Shown here piece after piece: positions 54,344-64,000 of a stretch of DNA of 64,000 nt. Where the stretch lies: contig CAWFFN010000007.1 of NCBI GenBank assembly GCA_963815115.1, forward strand, positions 96,001-160,000. Reading direction: 5' to 3'. The DNA comes from an uncultured delta proteobacterium. Lineage in GTDB: Bacteria > Desulfobacterota > Binatia > DP-6. Each line of letters begins with the position of its first letter. Position 1 is the first letter of the stretch. Below the pieces are notes generated by a model. It was not told where the DNA came from. It saw nothing but the letters and a program-made list of their open reading frames with translations, and ran no database searches. The position numbers were made by a program, and so were the translations under genes.

Positions 54344-55184
54344 TCAACCATCGAATCGCGTGAGCGCATGCTCGGCGTGAAACGTCGGTCCGTGCACGTC
54401 GCGACCGGTGAAGAACATCGGATCCTCCGCCGTGGCGAGCATGGCGCACACCCGGCCCGGGTTCTCCACGGGGAGGCCCTTGGAGGCGTCGAAGCCGAAC
54501 GGTCCCAGCTCCGCCGCCATGCGCTCGGTGGCGACGAAGCCGGGCATGAGGCCGATCACGGCCACGTTGTGGGGGCGGAGCTCCTTCGCCAGCCCCGGGA
54601 TCATGCGCCCGAAGGCCGCCTTGGTGATCGAGTAGCCGAGCCCCCAGCCTCCCTTGCCGATGGGGGCGGGCGTCTCGATCTGCCCCGCGCTCGAGGTGAT
54701 GTTGATGACGATGCCGGAGCCCTGCTGCTTCCAGAGCGGCAGGCAGAGCTTGATGAGCTGGAGGGGTGCGAACACGTTGCAACGGAACATGCGCTCGATC
54801 AGCTCGAGCGGCGTGTCCTCGAACGCGTCCATGTGCCCCGGACCGATGTAGCGACCGTTGTTGACCAGCACGTCGATGCGGCCGAAGCGGCCGACGGCGG
54901 CCTGGACCGCGGCCGGGGGATCGCCCGGCTGCAGCAGATCGAGCGCGGCCACCAGGGTGGCGGCGCCGAGCGCGCGTCGCCTCGCGAGAGGTCTCGTCCA
55001 GCGTTCCCGGCAGCGGGTCGGTGGCGGAGCGGCGGACGGTGGAGGAGTGCTCGAGGCGCTCCGCGCCAGTGACGGTGCGGGCGGTGAGCACGAGATCGAA
55101 CCCGCGCCGCGCCAGCTCGAGCGCGCAGCCGCGCCCGATGCCGCGACTCGCCCCGGTGACGAACGCGACCTTGCGCTCAGCCAT
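54344..55184 (-). CDS. SDR family oxidoreductase, frameshift at ~54985
   Basis: VTGASRGIG; second frame DVLVNNG, INITS, YSITK. Confidence 0.85.
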
Positions 55185-55587
55185 CGCGCTCCTCCGCGCC
55201 CCGGGTCCACAGGCGCTCGACCTCGCGCCGGGTGATGCGCCAGCCCTCCGGCCCGCGCGCCAGCTCGTCGTGGTAGCGGACGGCAACGGTGCGGGAGCTG
55301 CCGTCCGGAAGCCAGTGCTGCGCCGTGCAGTCGGCGTGGCTGCGGGCGCTGTCGCCGTCGACCTCGACGTCCTGCGCGGTGATGGCATGCCGCGTGGCAT
55401 CGTAGCGGCGCATCGCGTCGCCGAGCGCGGCGAGCGCATCGGCGATCGTGCCGCTGGCCAGCGTGCCGCGATAGGCCGCGTCGCTGGTGAAGCAGGAGGC
55501 CACGAGGTGCGGGTCCCTCGCATCGACCCCGCGCGCATATCGCAGCAGCAGCTCGCGGATGGCCGTGCGGTCGTCGATCTCGGTCAT
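55177..55587 (-). CDS. SnoaL/NTF2-like protein
   Basis: DRTAIRELLLRYARGVD, TRHAIT, RYHDEL..GWRI. Confidence 0.85.
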   Translation of the reverse strand: MTEIDDRTAIRELLLRYARGVDARDPHLVASCFTSDAAYRGTLASGTIADALAALGDAMRRYDATRHAITAQDVEVDGDSARSHADCTAQHWLPDGSSRTVAVRYHDELARGPEGWRITRREVERLWTRGAEERDG

Positions 55588-55682
55588 GCAGCACGGTCCT
55601 GTCACGGTGGCGCGACGCGAGGCAACCCCATCCGCGGTCGTGGTTGCGATGGCACGCACGCGCGGGATACCTCCTGGGGTCC

Positions 55683-56414
55683 GTGCTTCTGCCGCGCCGC
55701 GCGCACCTGGACGCCGTCTTCCTCGATGCCGGCAACACCCTGATCACCTTCGATCACGCGCTGGTGTGCGGGATGCTGGCGGACGAAGGGATCACGGCCA
55801 CGCCGGTGGCGCTCGCGCGAGCCGAGGCGGCGGCGCGGCCCGAGGTGTCCCGCTTCCTGGCCGACGGCATCTCCAGCGAGCGCCGCGACACCTTCGTCTT
55901 CTACGTCGCCCGCATGCTCGCCCGCCTGGGCCGTGACGGGGCGGACGGCCCGCCGCTCGCCGGCCGCCTGGTGGCGCGGCTCAGGCGCGAGGTTCCGACG
56001 CAGCGCCTGTGGTCGCAGGTGCTTCCCGGCGTCCCTGATGCGCTGCGCGCACTGCGTGCGGCCGGCCTCACCCTCGTGGTGGTGAGCAACTCCGACGGCA
56101 CGGTCGAGGAGGGCCTCGCCGCGATGGGGCTGCGTCCCCTCCTCGACGCCGTGGTCGACTCTGCCGTGGTCGGCATCGAGAAGCCCGACCCGGCGATCTT
56201 CCGCCACGCGCTCGCGCTCGCCGGCGTACGCCCCGACCGCGCGCTCCACGTGGGAGACCTGCATGCCGTCGACGTGCTCGGGGCGCGGGCGGCCGGCCTG
56301 CACGCCGTGCTGCTCGATCCGCACGGAGACTGGGCCGGTGTCGATTGCGTCCGGAGCGCGGACCTGACGTCGCTCACCCGGGCGCTGCTCGACGAGGAAG
56401 GGGGTCAGGCGTGA
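55683..56414 (+). CDS. HAD-superfamily hydrolase
   Basis: FLDAGNTL, VVSNSDG, EKPDPAIF, HVGD...D. Confidence 0.88.
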   Translation: MLLPRRAHLDAVFLDAGNTLITFDHALVCGMLADEGITATPVALARAEAAARPEVSRFLADGISSERRDTFVFYVARMLARLGRDGADGPPLAGRLVARLRREVPTQRLWSQVLPGVPDALRALRAAGLTLVVVSNSDGTVEEGLAAMGLRPLLDAVVDSAVVGIEKPDPAIFRHALALAGVRPDRALHVGDLHAVDVLGARAAGLHAVLLDPHGDWAGVDCVRSADLTSLTRALLDEEGGQA

Positions 56415-57139
56415 ACGAGCAGGACGTGACCTACGCGCGCGATGGCGACGTGCTGAGGGCGTACGCCGTCTCACCGGACGCCGGGCCGCCGGCGGGCGCC
56501 GTGATCGTCATCCCCGACGTACGCGGGCTCACCGAGCACTATCGCGACGTCGCGCGGCGCTTCGCCGCCGAGGGCTTCCTCGCCCTGGCGGTCGATCTCT
56601 ACAGCCGCGAGGGCGCGCCCGAGCTGCCCGACGTGGCCGCGGCCCTGCGCTGGATGCGCCAGCTTCCCGATCCCCGCGTGCTGGGCGATCTCGCCGCCGC
56701 GGTGCGCTACCTCGAGGGGCGTTCCGGCGCCGCGCCGCATCGCATCGGCATCACCGGGTTCTGCATGGGCGGGCAGTACGCGCTCATGGCGGCGTGCAGC
56801 GTTCCCGGCATCGCGGCGTGCGTGTCGTGGTACGGCATGCTGCGCTATGCGGAGCGCGACGCCCTCAAGCCGGCGAGCCCGCTCGACCTCGCCCCGCGGC
56901 TCGGGTGTCCGTATCTCGGCCTCTTCGGAGAGGAGGACGCGCTCATTCCGCTGGCCGACGTGGAGGCCCTGCGCGGCATCCTGTCGGCGGCCGGCAAGGA
57001 GTTCGAGATCCGCACCTACGCCGGCGCGGGCCACGCCTTCTTCAACGACACGCGAGCCGAGACCTACCGCCCCGCGGCGGCCGCCGATGCGTGGCCGCGT
57101 GCCGTGGCCTTCTTCCGGCGGCACCTGGGCGGCGACTGA
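56411..57139 (+). CDS. Dienelactone hydrolase family protein
   Basis: GITGFCMGG, FGEED, AGHAFFND. Confidence 0.9.
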   Translation: MNEQDVTYARDGDVLRAYAVSPDAGPPAGAVIVIPDVRGLTEHYRDVARRFAAEGFLALAVDLYSREGAPELPDVAAALRWMRQLPDPRVLGDLAAAVRYLEGRSGAAPHRIGITGFCMGGQYALMAACSVPGIAACVSWYGMLRYAERDALKPASPLDLAPRLGCPYLGLFGEEDALIPLADVEALRGILSAAGKEFEIRTYAGAGHAFFNDTRAETYRPAAAADAWPRAVAFFRRHLGGD

Positions 57140-57225
57140 GGCGAGTCCAGGGCGCCACGAGCGGCTGTCATTCGCGTCCGAAAATGGCCAGACTGGAGCG
57201 GCCGGGTGTGCCACAACTCTCCCGC

Positions 57226-58698
57226 ATGGACCTGCCGCCGCACGACGCCTGCTACCGCGCGCTCGCCTCGCGCGACGCGCGCTTCGACGGGCGCGTCTTC
57301 GTCGGGGTGCGGACCACCGGCATCTACTGCCGGCCCATCTGTCCTGCGCGCACTGCCAGATCGGAGAACTGCAGGTTCTTCCCGAGCGCGGCCGCGGCCC
57401 AGGAGGCGGGCTTCCGTCCCTGCCTGCGGTGCCGCCCCGAGCTGTCCCCCGACGCCGCCGCGTGGCGCGGGACGTCCAATACCGTCTCGCGGGCCCTCGC
57501 GCTGATCGGCGAAGGATCGTTCGATGCCGAGCACGGCGTGCCGGAGCTGGCCGCGCGCCTCGGCGTGGGCGAGCGGCATCTCCGTCGGCTGTTCCAGCGC
57601 CATCTCGGTGCGCCACCGATCGCGGTGGCGCAGACGCGACGCATCCTGTTCGCCAAGCAGCTCATCCAGGAGACGCAGCTGTCGATGACGGAGATCGCCG
57701 CCGCCGCGGGGTTCGGCAGCGTGCGCCGTTTCAACCACGTCTTCCGCACCCTCTACCGGCGGCCGGCCAGCAGCCTGCGCGTGCGCCGCGGCCGTGGCGC
57801 GGCCCTCTCGCGGGTGACGCTGCGCCTCGGCTACCGGCCGCCCTACGACTGGGAGGAGATGATCGCGTTCCTGGCCGCGCGGGCCGTCCCCGGCGTCGAG
57901 CTGGTGACCACCGATCGCTACGCGCGCACGATCGAGCTCGACGGCCGGGTCGGCAGCGTGGCGGTCTCGCCCGGCCGCAGCCATCTCGTCGCGATCATCA
58001 AGTTTCCCGAGGTCCGCGCGCTGCTGTCGATCGTGGCACGGCTGCGCCGGCTCTTCGACCTCGACGCGGACGTGGAGACCATCGGCGCGCATCTCGCCGG
58101 CGACCGCGGTCTCGCACCGCTGATCGCCAGGCGCCCCGGCCTGCGCACTCCGGGCGCCTGGGACGGCTTCGAGCTCGCCGTTCGCGCCGTGCTGGGACAG
58201 CAGGTGACCGTCGGCGCCGCCCGCGGGCTCGCCGCCGCGCTCGTCGTCCGCGCCGGGGCCGCGCTGGCGCCGGCCGCGATCGAGGTTCCGGGGCTCTCGC
58301 GCACCTTCCCCACGCCCGCCCGCATGGCCGCCGCCGACCTGTCGTCGCTCCCCATGCCCCGTGCGCGCATCGCCGCGCTCGTCGCGCTCGCGCGAGCCGC
58401 CGCCGCCGACCCCGGGCTGCTCGAGCCCGCCGGCACCTCCGACGAGGCCGTGGCACGGCTGCTGAAGCTCCCCGGGTTCGGACCGTGGACGGCGCAGTAC
58501 TGGGCGCTGCGCGCCCTGCGTGACAGCGATGCCTTTCCCGCCGCCGACGTGGGATTGCTGCGCAGCGCCGTCGTCGCGTGCGACGGCAGGCGGCCCACAC
58601 CGGCGGCGCTGCTGGCGAGGGCGGAGCGCTGGCGTCCATGGCGGGCCTATGCGGCGCAGCACCTGTGGGCGTCGGCCGGCAAGGCGGCGCTCGCCTAG
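57226..58698 (+). CDS. alkA: Ada-AlkA fusion (Zn-binding Ada domain, AraC HTH, 3-methyladenine glycosylase II)
   Basis: TTGIYCRPIC, GFRPCLRCRP, GFGSVRRFN, AVLGQQV, PGFGPWTAQY, WRPWRAYA. Confidence 0.9.
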   Translation: MDLPPHDACYRALASRDARFDGRVFVGVRTTGIYCRPICPARTARSENCRFFPSAAAAQEAGFRPCLRCRPELSPDAAAWRGTSNTVSRALALIGEGSFDAEHGVPELAARLGVGERHLRRLFQRHLGAPPIAVAQTRRILFAKQLIQETQLSMTEIAAAAGFGSVRRFNHVFRTLYRRPASSLRVRRGRGAALSRVTLRLGYRPPYDWEEMIAFLAARAVPGVELVTTDRYARTIELDGRVGSVAVSPGRSHLVAIIKFPEVRALLSIVARLRRLFDLDADVETIGAHLAGDRGLAPLIARRPGLRTPGAWDGFELAVRAVLGQQVTVGAARGLAAALVVRAGAALAPAAIEVPGLSRTFPTPARMAAADLSSLPMPRARIAALVALARAAAADPGLLEPAGTSDEAVARLLKLPGFGPWTAQYWALRALRDSDAFPAADVGLLRSAVVACDGRRPTPAALLARAERWRPWRAYAAQHLWASAGKAALA

Positions 58699-58727
58699 CA
58701 CACCGTGACCATCGGAGGGCCGAGCTG

Positions 58728-59537
58728 ATGAGCAGTCCACGAGTCGACGACGCCGCGCGGTTCCGGGCGCTGCATGACGGGCCCGCCCTGCTCGTCCTTC
58801 CGAACGCCTGGGACGCGGGCAGCGCTCGCATCATCGAGAAGGCGGGCGCGCGGGCGATCGCCACCTCGAGCGCGGCGGTCGCGTGGGGACGGGGCTATCC
58901 GGACGGGCAGGCGCTGCCTCTCGACGCCCTGATCGCGACCGTTCGTGCCATCGTGCGCGTCGTCGAGGTACCGGTGTCGGCCGACGTCGAGGCCGCCTAC
59001 GCGGACGACGCGACAGCGGCCGCCGCCACAGCGAGTCGCGTCATCGATGCCGGCGGGGTGGGAATCAACGTCGAGGACGGCCAGGACGCGCCGGATCTGC
59101 TGTGCGCGAAGATCGAGGGCATCAAGGCCGTGGCTCGAAAGACCGGCGTCGACCTGTGGGTCAACGCGCGCACCGACGTCTATCTGCGCGGTCTCGCGCC
59201 GGCGTCGACCGCCATGGCCGAGACGATCGCGCGGGCCCGGCGATACCGCGGCGCCGGGGCCGACTCCGTGTTCGTCCCCGGTCTGATCGACGAGGGGGAC
59301 ATCGCGCGATTCGTCGCCGAGGTGCCGCTGCCGCTCAACCTGCTGGCATGGCCCGGCTTGCCGGCGCCCGCCGCGCTCGAACGGCTCGGCGTGCGGCGGC
59401 TGAGCGCCGGCACCGCCATCGCGCAGGCGGCGTACCGCCGCGCGTACCAGGCCGCCCGGGCGTTCCTCGGGGTCGAGGCGACCGAGGAGCCCACGTTCAG
59501 CGTCGGGGAGCTGAACGGCCTGATGCGCATCGACTGA
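58728..59537 (+). CDS. Isocitrate lyase/PEP mutase family protein
   Basis: LPNAWDAGSA, ATSSAAVA..GYPDG, GINVED, NARTD, AGADSVFVP. Confidence 0.88.
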   Translation: MSSPRVDDAARFRALHDGPALLVLPNAWDAGSARIIEKAGARAIATSSAAVAWGRGYPDGQALPLDALIATVRAIVRVVEVPVSADVEAAYADDATAAAATASRVIDAGGVGINVEDGQDAPDLLCAKIEGIKAVARKTGVDLWVNARTDVYLRGLAPASTAMAETIARARRYRGAGADSVFVPGLIDEGDIARFVAEVPLPLNLLAWPGLPAPAALERLGVRRLSAGTAIAQAAYRRAYQAARAFLGVEATEEPTFSVGELNGLMRID

Positions 59538-59633
59538 GCCCTCGAACGGCGGGCGGACGGGGCACGCGCCCGGACGCGAGGGCCCTGGTCGTCGCGTGTG
59601 TTTTTTCGCGCGGCAGCGTAGGTTGCCGCCCGC

Positions 59634-60713
59634 ATGCGCCGGACCAACCTCGCTCGATACCGCAGCAGCCGAAGAGTTCTCGCAGTGCTCCTGCTGATCC
59701 TCGCCCCGCACGCACGGGCGAAGGATGCGCCGCCGCCCGAGCAGGTGGCGCGCGGGAAAGAGCTGTACGGGAAGATGTGCGCCGTGTGTCACGGTCCGAC
59801 GGGCGAGGGCTACCGGGCGGATCAGGCGCCGCGGATCGCACACCCCGACTTCCTGTCGGCGGTCACCGACGAGTATCTGCGCCGGGCCATCACGCTGGGC
59901 CGGCCGGGCACGACCATGTCGGCCTGGGGGAAGGAGCGCGGAGGTCCCCTGTCGCCGGCGGACGTCGACGCGCTCGTCGCCTTCATGCGGTCGTGGCATC
60001 AGGGGCCTCCCGCGCACCTCGACGAGCACCTGCTGTCCGGCGATCCCACGCGCGGCCGGGCGATCTACGCCGAGGAGTGCGCGCACTGCCACGGGGAGCG
60101 TGGTGTCGACGGCCGCAACATCCACATCGGAAGTCCGCTGTTCCTGCGCAGCGCGACCAACGGCTTCCTGCGCTACGCCATCGCGAAGGGACGCTCGGGC
60201 ACCAGCATGCCCGGATTTCAGAGCTCCCTCGGCACCGATCGCATCGAGGACGTGGTCGCGCTGCTGCGCACGTTCCAGCTTCCCGCGGGCCTGGCGGAGC
60301 ACCTGCCGGCGCGCCCGCCGCCGCTCCCGCTCGGCCCCGTGCCCCTCAATCCGAAGGGGCGCGCTCCCGTGGGCTTCCGCACCTACCCGGACATGACCTC
60401 GGTCGACACCGTGAAGGGGCAGCTGGACGCGCACGCGCGCTTCGCCCTGCTGGATGCCCGGGCGCCCTCCGACTATGCGACCGAGCACATCGCGGGCGCG
60501 GTGAGCGTCCCCTTCTACGATCCGGCTCCCTACATCGACAAGCTGCCGAAGGACGCCTGGCTGGTGTGCTACTGCGCCTGCCCGCACGCCGAGTCGGGCG
60601 AGCTCGCGCGCCGGCTCATGGCGGCGGGGTTCACCAAGGTGACGGTGCTCGACGAGGGCCTGCGCGTGTGGAAGGAGCGGGGCTATCCCACCCAGACCGG
60701 CGACAAGCCGTAG
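59634..60713 (+). CDS. Exported diheme cytochrome c fused to a C-terminal rhodanese domain
   Basis: Signal peptide, CAVCH and CAHCH, GTTMSAW/GTSMPGF Met ligands; LLDAR..DYATEHIAGA, VCYCACPH, LDEGL..W. Confidence 0.88.
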   Translation: MRRTNLARYRSSRRVLAVLLLILAPHARAKDAPPPEQVARGKELYGKMCAVCHGPTGEGYRADQAPRIAHPDFLSAVTDEYLRRAITLGRPGTTMSAWGKERGGPLSPADVDALVAFMRSWHQGPPAHLDEHLLSGDPTRGRAIYAEECAHCHGERGVDGRNIHIGSPLFLRSATNGFLRYAIAKGRSGTSMPGFQSSLGTDRIEDVVALLRTFQLPAGLAEHLPARPPPLPLGPVPLNPKGRAPVGFRTYPDMTSVDTVKGQLDAHARFALLDARAPSDYATEHIAGAVSVPFYDPAPYIDKLPKDAWLVCYCACPHAESGELARRLMAAGFTKVTVLDEGLRVWKERGYPTQTGDKP

Positions 60714-60787
60714 CGCGCCGGTCGGGTGGCAGAATTCGAGGGCTCGATGGCCTTGCAGCCAGATCGGAGCCCTGCGATGGTTCCGGC

Positions 60788-61783
60788 ATGCCCCCCTGCA
60801 CGCCCCCACCTCGCCACGTGGCGATGGTCGCCTATCCGGGCGCCAACGCCGTCGACGTCATCGGGCCGCTCGAGGTCTTCGCCGCCGCCGCCGCGCTCGC
60901 GGGGCGCGCGCCCGGCGAGCCCCGGGCCTACACCACCGAGATCGTGGCCACGGCGGCGGGCCCGGTGGAGACCCAGTCAGGCATCCGTGTCGTCGCGGCG
61001 CGGGCGCTCGGGGCGATTCGCGGCGGCGTGGACACCCTGCTCGTCGCCGGAGGGCTGGGCACCCAGACGGCGCTCGGCAACCGCCCGCTGCTCGCGGCAC
61101 TGCGCCGGCTGGCTCCGCGCGTGCGTCGCCTGGGGTCGGTCTGCTCCGGCAGCTTCCTGCTCGCCGAGGCGGGATTGCTCGACGGACGCCGCGCGACGAC
61201 GCACTGGATGTGGTGCGAGACGCTCGCGGAGCGCTATCCGCGGGTTCGGGTCGAGCCCGACCCCATCTTCGTGCGCGACGGGAACGTGTGGACCTCCGCC
61301 GGGGTCACGGCGGGAATGGACCTGGCGCTCGCGCTCGTCGAGGACGATCTCGGCCGCGATCTCGCGCTCCACACGGCGCGGCAGATGGTGCTCTTTCTTC
61401 GCCGGCCCGGCGGCCAGTCCCAGTTCAGCGCTCAGCTCGCGGCGCAGGCCGCCGACCGCCAGCCGCTGCGGGACCTGCAGGCCTGGGTGGTCGATCATCC
61501 CGGCGCGGACTGCTCGGTGACGGCGCTGGCGCGGCGGGTCGCGATGAGTCCGCGCAACTTCGCCCGGGTCTTCCTGCGCGAGAGCGGCATGACGCCGGCA
61601 CAGTACGTGGAGCGGGTGCGCGTCGAGGCGGCGCGGCGGCGGCTGGAGGATTCGGCGGACGGGGTGGACGCGATCGCGTCGGGCTGCGGCTTCGGCACCG
61701 CCGAGACCATGCGGCGAACCTTCCTGCGCCACCTGCGGGTGGCGCCGAGCGACTACCGGATTCGCTTCCGGGTGGCGAGCTGA
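60788..61783 (+). CDS. GlxA/FtrA-family AraC regulator with DJ-1 domain
   Basis: SVCSGSFLLA, RATTHW, TSAGVTAGMDL, RPGGQSQFS, MSPRNFAR, CGFG. Confidence 0.9.
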   Translation: MPPCTPPPRHVAMVAYPGANAVDVIGPLEVFAAAAALAGRAPGEPRAYTTEIVATAAGPVETQSGIRVVAARALGAIRGGVDTLLVAGGLGTQTALGNRPLLAALRRLAPRVRRLGSVCSGSFLLAEAGLLDGRRATTHWMWCETLAERYPRVRVEPDPIFVRDGNVWTSAGVTAGMDLALALVEDDLGRDLALHTARQMVLFLRRPGGQSQFSAQLAAQAADRQPLRDLQAWVVDHPGADCSVTALARRVAMSPRNFARVFLRESGMTPAQYVERVRVEAARRRLEDSADGVDAIASGCGFGTAETMRRTFLRHLRVAPSDYRIRFRVAS

Positions 61784-61792
61784 GGAGGAATC

Positions 61793-62413
61793 ATGGAACC
61801 CAAGCGTGTCGGCATCCTGGTGTTCGACGCCGTCGAGGTACTCGACTTCTGCGGGCCGTTCGAGGTCTTCTCCGTCACCCGGCTGGACGAGAGCCGGCGA
61901 CGCGAGGACCCGTCGCCCTTCGAGGTCGTGCTGGTGGCGGAGCGGGCCGGCATCGTCACCGCCGCCGGCGGTCTCAAGGTGACGCCCGATCACGCGCTGG
62001 CGGACTGCCCGTCCCTCGACGTCCTCGTCGTTCCGGGGGGCTGGGGCACGCGCCGCGAGATCGGCAACCCGGCGCTGCTCGAATGGATCGGCGCGCGCGC
62101 TCGCACGGTGGAGACCGTGGCCTCGGTCTGCACCGGCGCCATGCTCCTCGGCCAGGCCGGCCTCCTCGACGGGCGGCGCGCGACGACGCACTGGCGATCG
62201 CTCGGCTGGATGCGCGAGTCGTTCCCCAACGTCACGGTCGAGGAGGCGCTGCACGTCGTCGAGGACGGCAACGTGTTCACCTCCGCCGGCATCTCCGCCG
62301 GCATCGACATGGCGCTGCTGGTCGTCGCGCGCTACCACGGCGAGGAGATCGCGCGCGCGACGGCGCGGCAGATGGAGTACCCGTATCCCGACGACCTGCG
62401 ACGGCGCATCTGA
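61793..62413 (+). CDS. DJ-1/PfpI family protein (InhA-like)
   Basis: EVLDFCGPFEVF, VVPGG, SVCTGA, ATTHW, TSAGISAGIDM. Confidence 0.9.
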   Translation: MEPKRVGILVFDAVEVLDFCGPFEVFSVTRLDESRRREDPSPFEVVLVAERAGIVTAAGGLKVTPDHALADCPSLDVLVVPGGWGTRREIGNPALLEWIGARARTVETVASVCTGAMLLGQAGLLDGRRATTHWRSLGWMRESFPNVTVEEALHVVEDGNVFTSAGISAGIDMALLVVARYHGEEIARATARQMEYPYPDDLRRRI

Positions 62414-62484
62414 CGACGCCCGCGCCGCGCGAGGTTTGACGGTCGCGGCGTGATCCCCTATGAGCGGGCCTGCCGGGCCCGGCC

Positions 62485-63690
62485 ATGGAGTTCCCACGTA
62501 TCCAGCGTCTTCCTCCGTACGTCTTCAACGTCGTCGGTGAGCTCAAGCACGCGGCGCGCCAGGCGGGCGAGGACATCATCGACTTCTCGATGGGGAATCC
62601 CGATGGGCCGACGCCGCCGCACATCGTGCAGAGCCTGGTCGAGTCCGCCCAGAAGCCGCAGAATCACCGCTACTCGGTGTCGCGCGGGATCTTGAAGCTT
62701 CGCGTCGCCATCTGCGACTGGTACCGGCGCCGCTACGGCGTCGGCCTCGACCCGGACTCCGAGGCGATCGTCACCATCGGATCGAAGGAGGGCATCGGAC
62801 ACCTGGCGCTCGCGATGCTGGGTCCGGGGGACGTCGTCTTCTGTCCCAGCCCGACGTATCCCATACACCAGTATTCCGTCATCATCGCGGGCGGCGATCT
62901 GCGCTCGATTCCCCTCCTGCCCGGCGGCGACTTCCTCGGGCTGCTGCGGGAGGCGGTTCGCACGACGTGGCCGAAGCCGAAGCTGCTCATCCTGAACTTT
63001 CCCGCCAATCCCACCACCGAGGTCGTCGACCTGGCGTTCTTCGAGGGGATCGTCGAGTTCGCGCGCGAGCACGAGTGTCTGGTGGTCCACGACCTCGCCT
63101 ACGCCGACCTCTGCTTCGACGGCTACCAGGCGCCGTCCTTCCTGCAGGTGCCCGGGGCGCGCGAGGTCGGGGTGGAGTTCTTCACCCTGTCCAAGAGCTA
63201 CAACATGCCGGGCTGGCGGATCGGCTTCGCCGTCGGCAACCGCGAGATCATCGCGGCGCTGTCGCGCATCAAGAGCTACCTCGACTACGGCACCTTCCAG
63301 CCTCTCCAGATCGCCGCGACGCACGCCCTCAACGGTCCGCAGCACTACGTCGACGAGATCCGGGAGACCTACCGGCGCCGTCGCGACGTGCTCTGTGACG
63401 GCCTCGATCGGGCCGGGTGGCACGTGACGCGGCCGAAGGCGACGATGTTCGTCTGGGCGGAGATCCCGGACGAGTACAAGCCCATGGGCTCGCTCGAGTT
63501 CACGAAGTTTCTCCTGCGGGAGGCGAAGGTCGCCGTGTCGCCGGGGATCGGCTTCGGACAGTACGGTGACGACTACGTTCGCCTCGCGCTGATCGAGAAC
63601 GAGCACCGCACCCGCCAGGCCGTCCGCGGCATCAAGAAGGCGCTCGGCGCGAGCCTCGACCAGGCCGCGCGCCGGGCCCAGACCGGCTGA
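62485..63690 (+). CDS. alaC: Class I PLP aminotransferase, AlaC-like
   Basis: [45 protein letters not shown]; upstream of hom. Confidence 0.85.
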   Translation: MEFPRIQRLPPYVFNVVGELKHAARQAGEDIIDFSMGNPDGPTPPHIVQSLVESAQKPQNHRYSVSRGILKLRVAICDWYRRRYGVGLDPDSEAIVTIGSKEGIGHLALAMLGPGDVVFCPSPTYPIHQYSVIIAGGDLRSIPLLPGGDFLGLLREAVRTTWPKPKLLILNFPANPTTEVVDLAFFEGIVEFAREHECLVVHDLAYADLCFDGYQAPSFLQVPGAREVGVEFFTLSKSYNMPGWRIGFAVGNREIIAALSRIKSYLDYGTFQPLQIAATHALNGPQHYVDEIRETYRRRRDVLCDGLDRAGWHVTRPKATMFVWAEIPDEYKPMGSLEFTKFLLREAKVAVSPGIGFGQYGDDYVRLALIENEHRTRQAVRGIKKALGASLDQAARRAQTG

Positions 63691-63695
63691 CGCGG

Positions 63696-64000
63696 GTGCC
63701 TGCGGCTCGGCCCGTTCGCGTCGGGCTGATCGGCTTCGGCACGATCGGCGCCGGCGTGGTGAAGCTGCTCCGTGCCCACCGCGCGGAGATCACGCGGCGC
63801 GCCGGGCGGTCGGTCACGCTCGCCGCCATCGCTGACGTCGACCTCGACAGCGATCGCGGCGTGTCGACGACCGGCATCCGGATGACCCGCGACGCGCTCG
63901 CCATGGTCGCCGATCCCGACATCGATGTGGTGATCGAGCTGGTGGGCGGCTACGAGCCGGCACGCCGCTTCGTGCTCGAGGCCATCCGGCACGGCAAGGA
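63696..64000 (+). CDS. hom: Homoserine dehydrogenase, 3'-truncated by window edge
   Basis: Translated by hand from GTG 63696: PVRVGLIGFGTIGAGVVKLL...DPDIDVVIELVGG; not in the ORF track. Confidence 0.9.
   Translation, partial: MPAARPVRVGLIGFGTIGAGVVKLLRAHRAEITRRAGRSVTLAAIADVDLDSDRGVSTTGIRMTRDALAMVADPDIDVVIELVGGYEPARRFVLEAIRHGK

Noticed and set aside
57226-59537. Ada-AlkA next to a PEP-mutase-family gene as a novel system
   Set aside because: A frequently seen neighbourhood; nothing distinctive apart from no ogt in this window.
58883-61783. 966-aa ORF ending in an AraC domain
   Set aside because: Only the part from 60788 is protein-like; the upstream part is an off-frame read-through of two real genes.

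Overview
GC-rich bacterial chromosome segment. The gene content and order suggest a Deltaproteobacteria/Binatota-like organism, which is an inference. Housekeeping blocks are lepA-lepB; tRNA-Val-thrS-infC-rpmI-rplT-pheST-ihfA; tRNA-Pro-surE-pcm-apt-CDF-archease-rtcB; a PyrR-attenuated pyrR-pyrB-pyrC-carA-carB-recG operon; aguB-aguA; ada/alkA; and alaC-hom. An accessory region at about 22.5-38 kb holds the most interesting items: (1) a hybrid histidine kinase whose input module is the N-terminal 8-TM half of a DHA2-type MFS transporter; (2) a ZenA-like lactone hydrolase translationally coupled to an amidohydrolase-type aromatic-acid decarboxylase; (3) a degenerate tRNA-Sec-like sequence; (4) several internally deleted gene relics (IS91-like transposase, sulfatase, subtilase). 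Two inverted copies of a 245-280 bp four-hairpin repeat lie between convergent genes. A diheme cytochrome c-rhodanese fusion is also present. Many single-base frameshifts (pyr/car operon, kinase, aguB, SDR) are most likely sequencing/assembly indels. All family calls come from motif recognition by eye; no searches were run.
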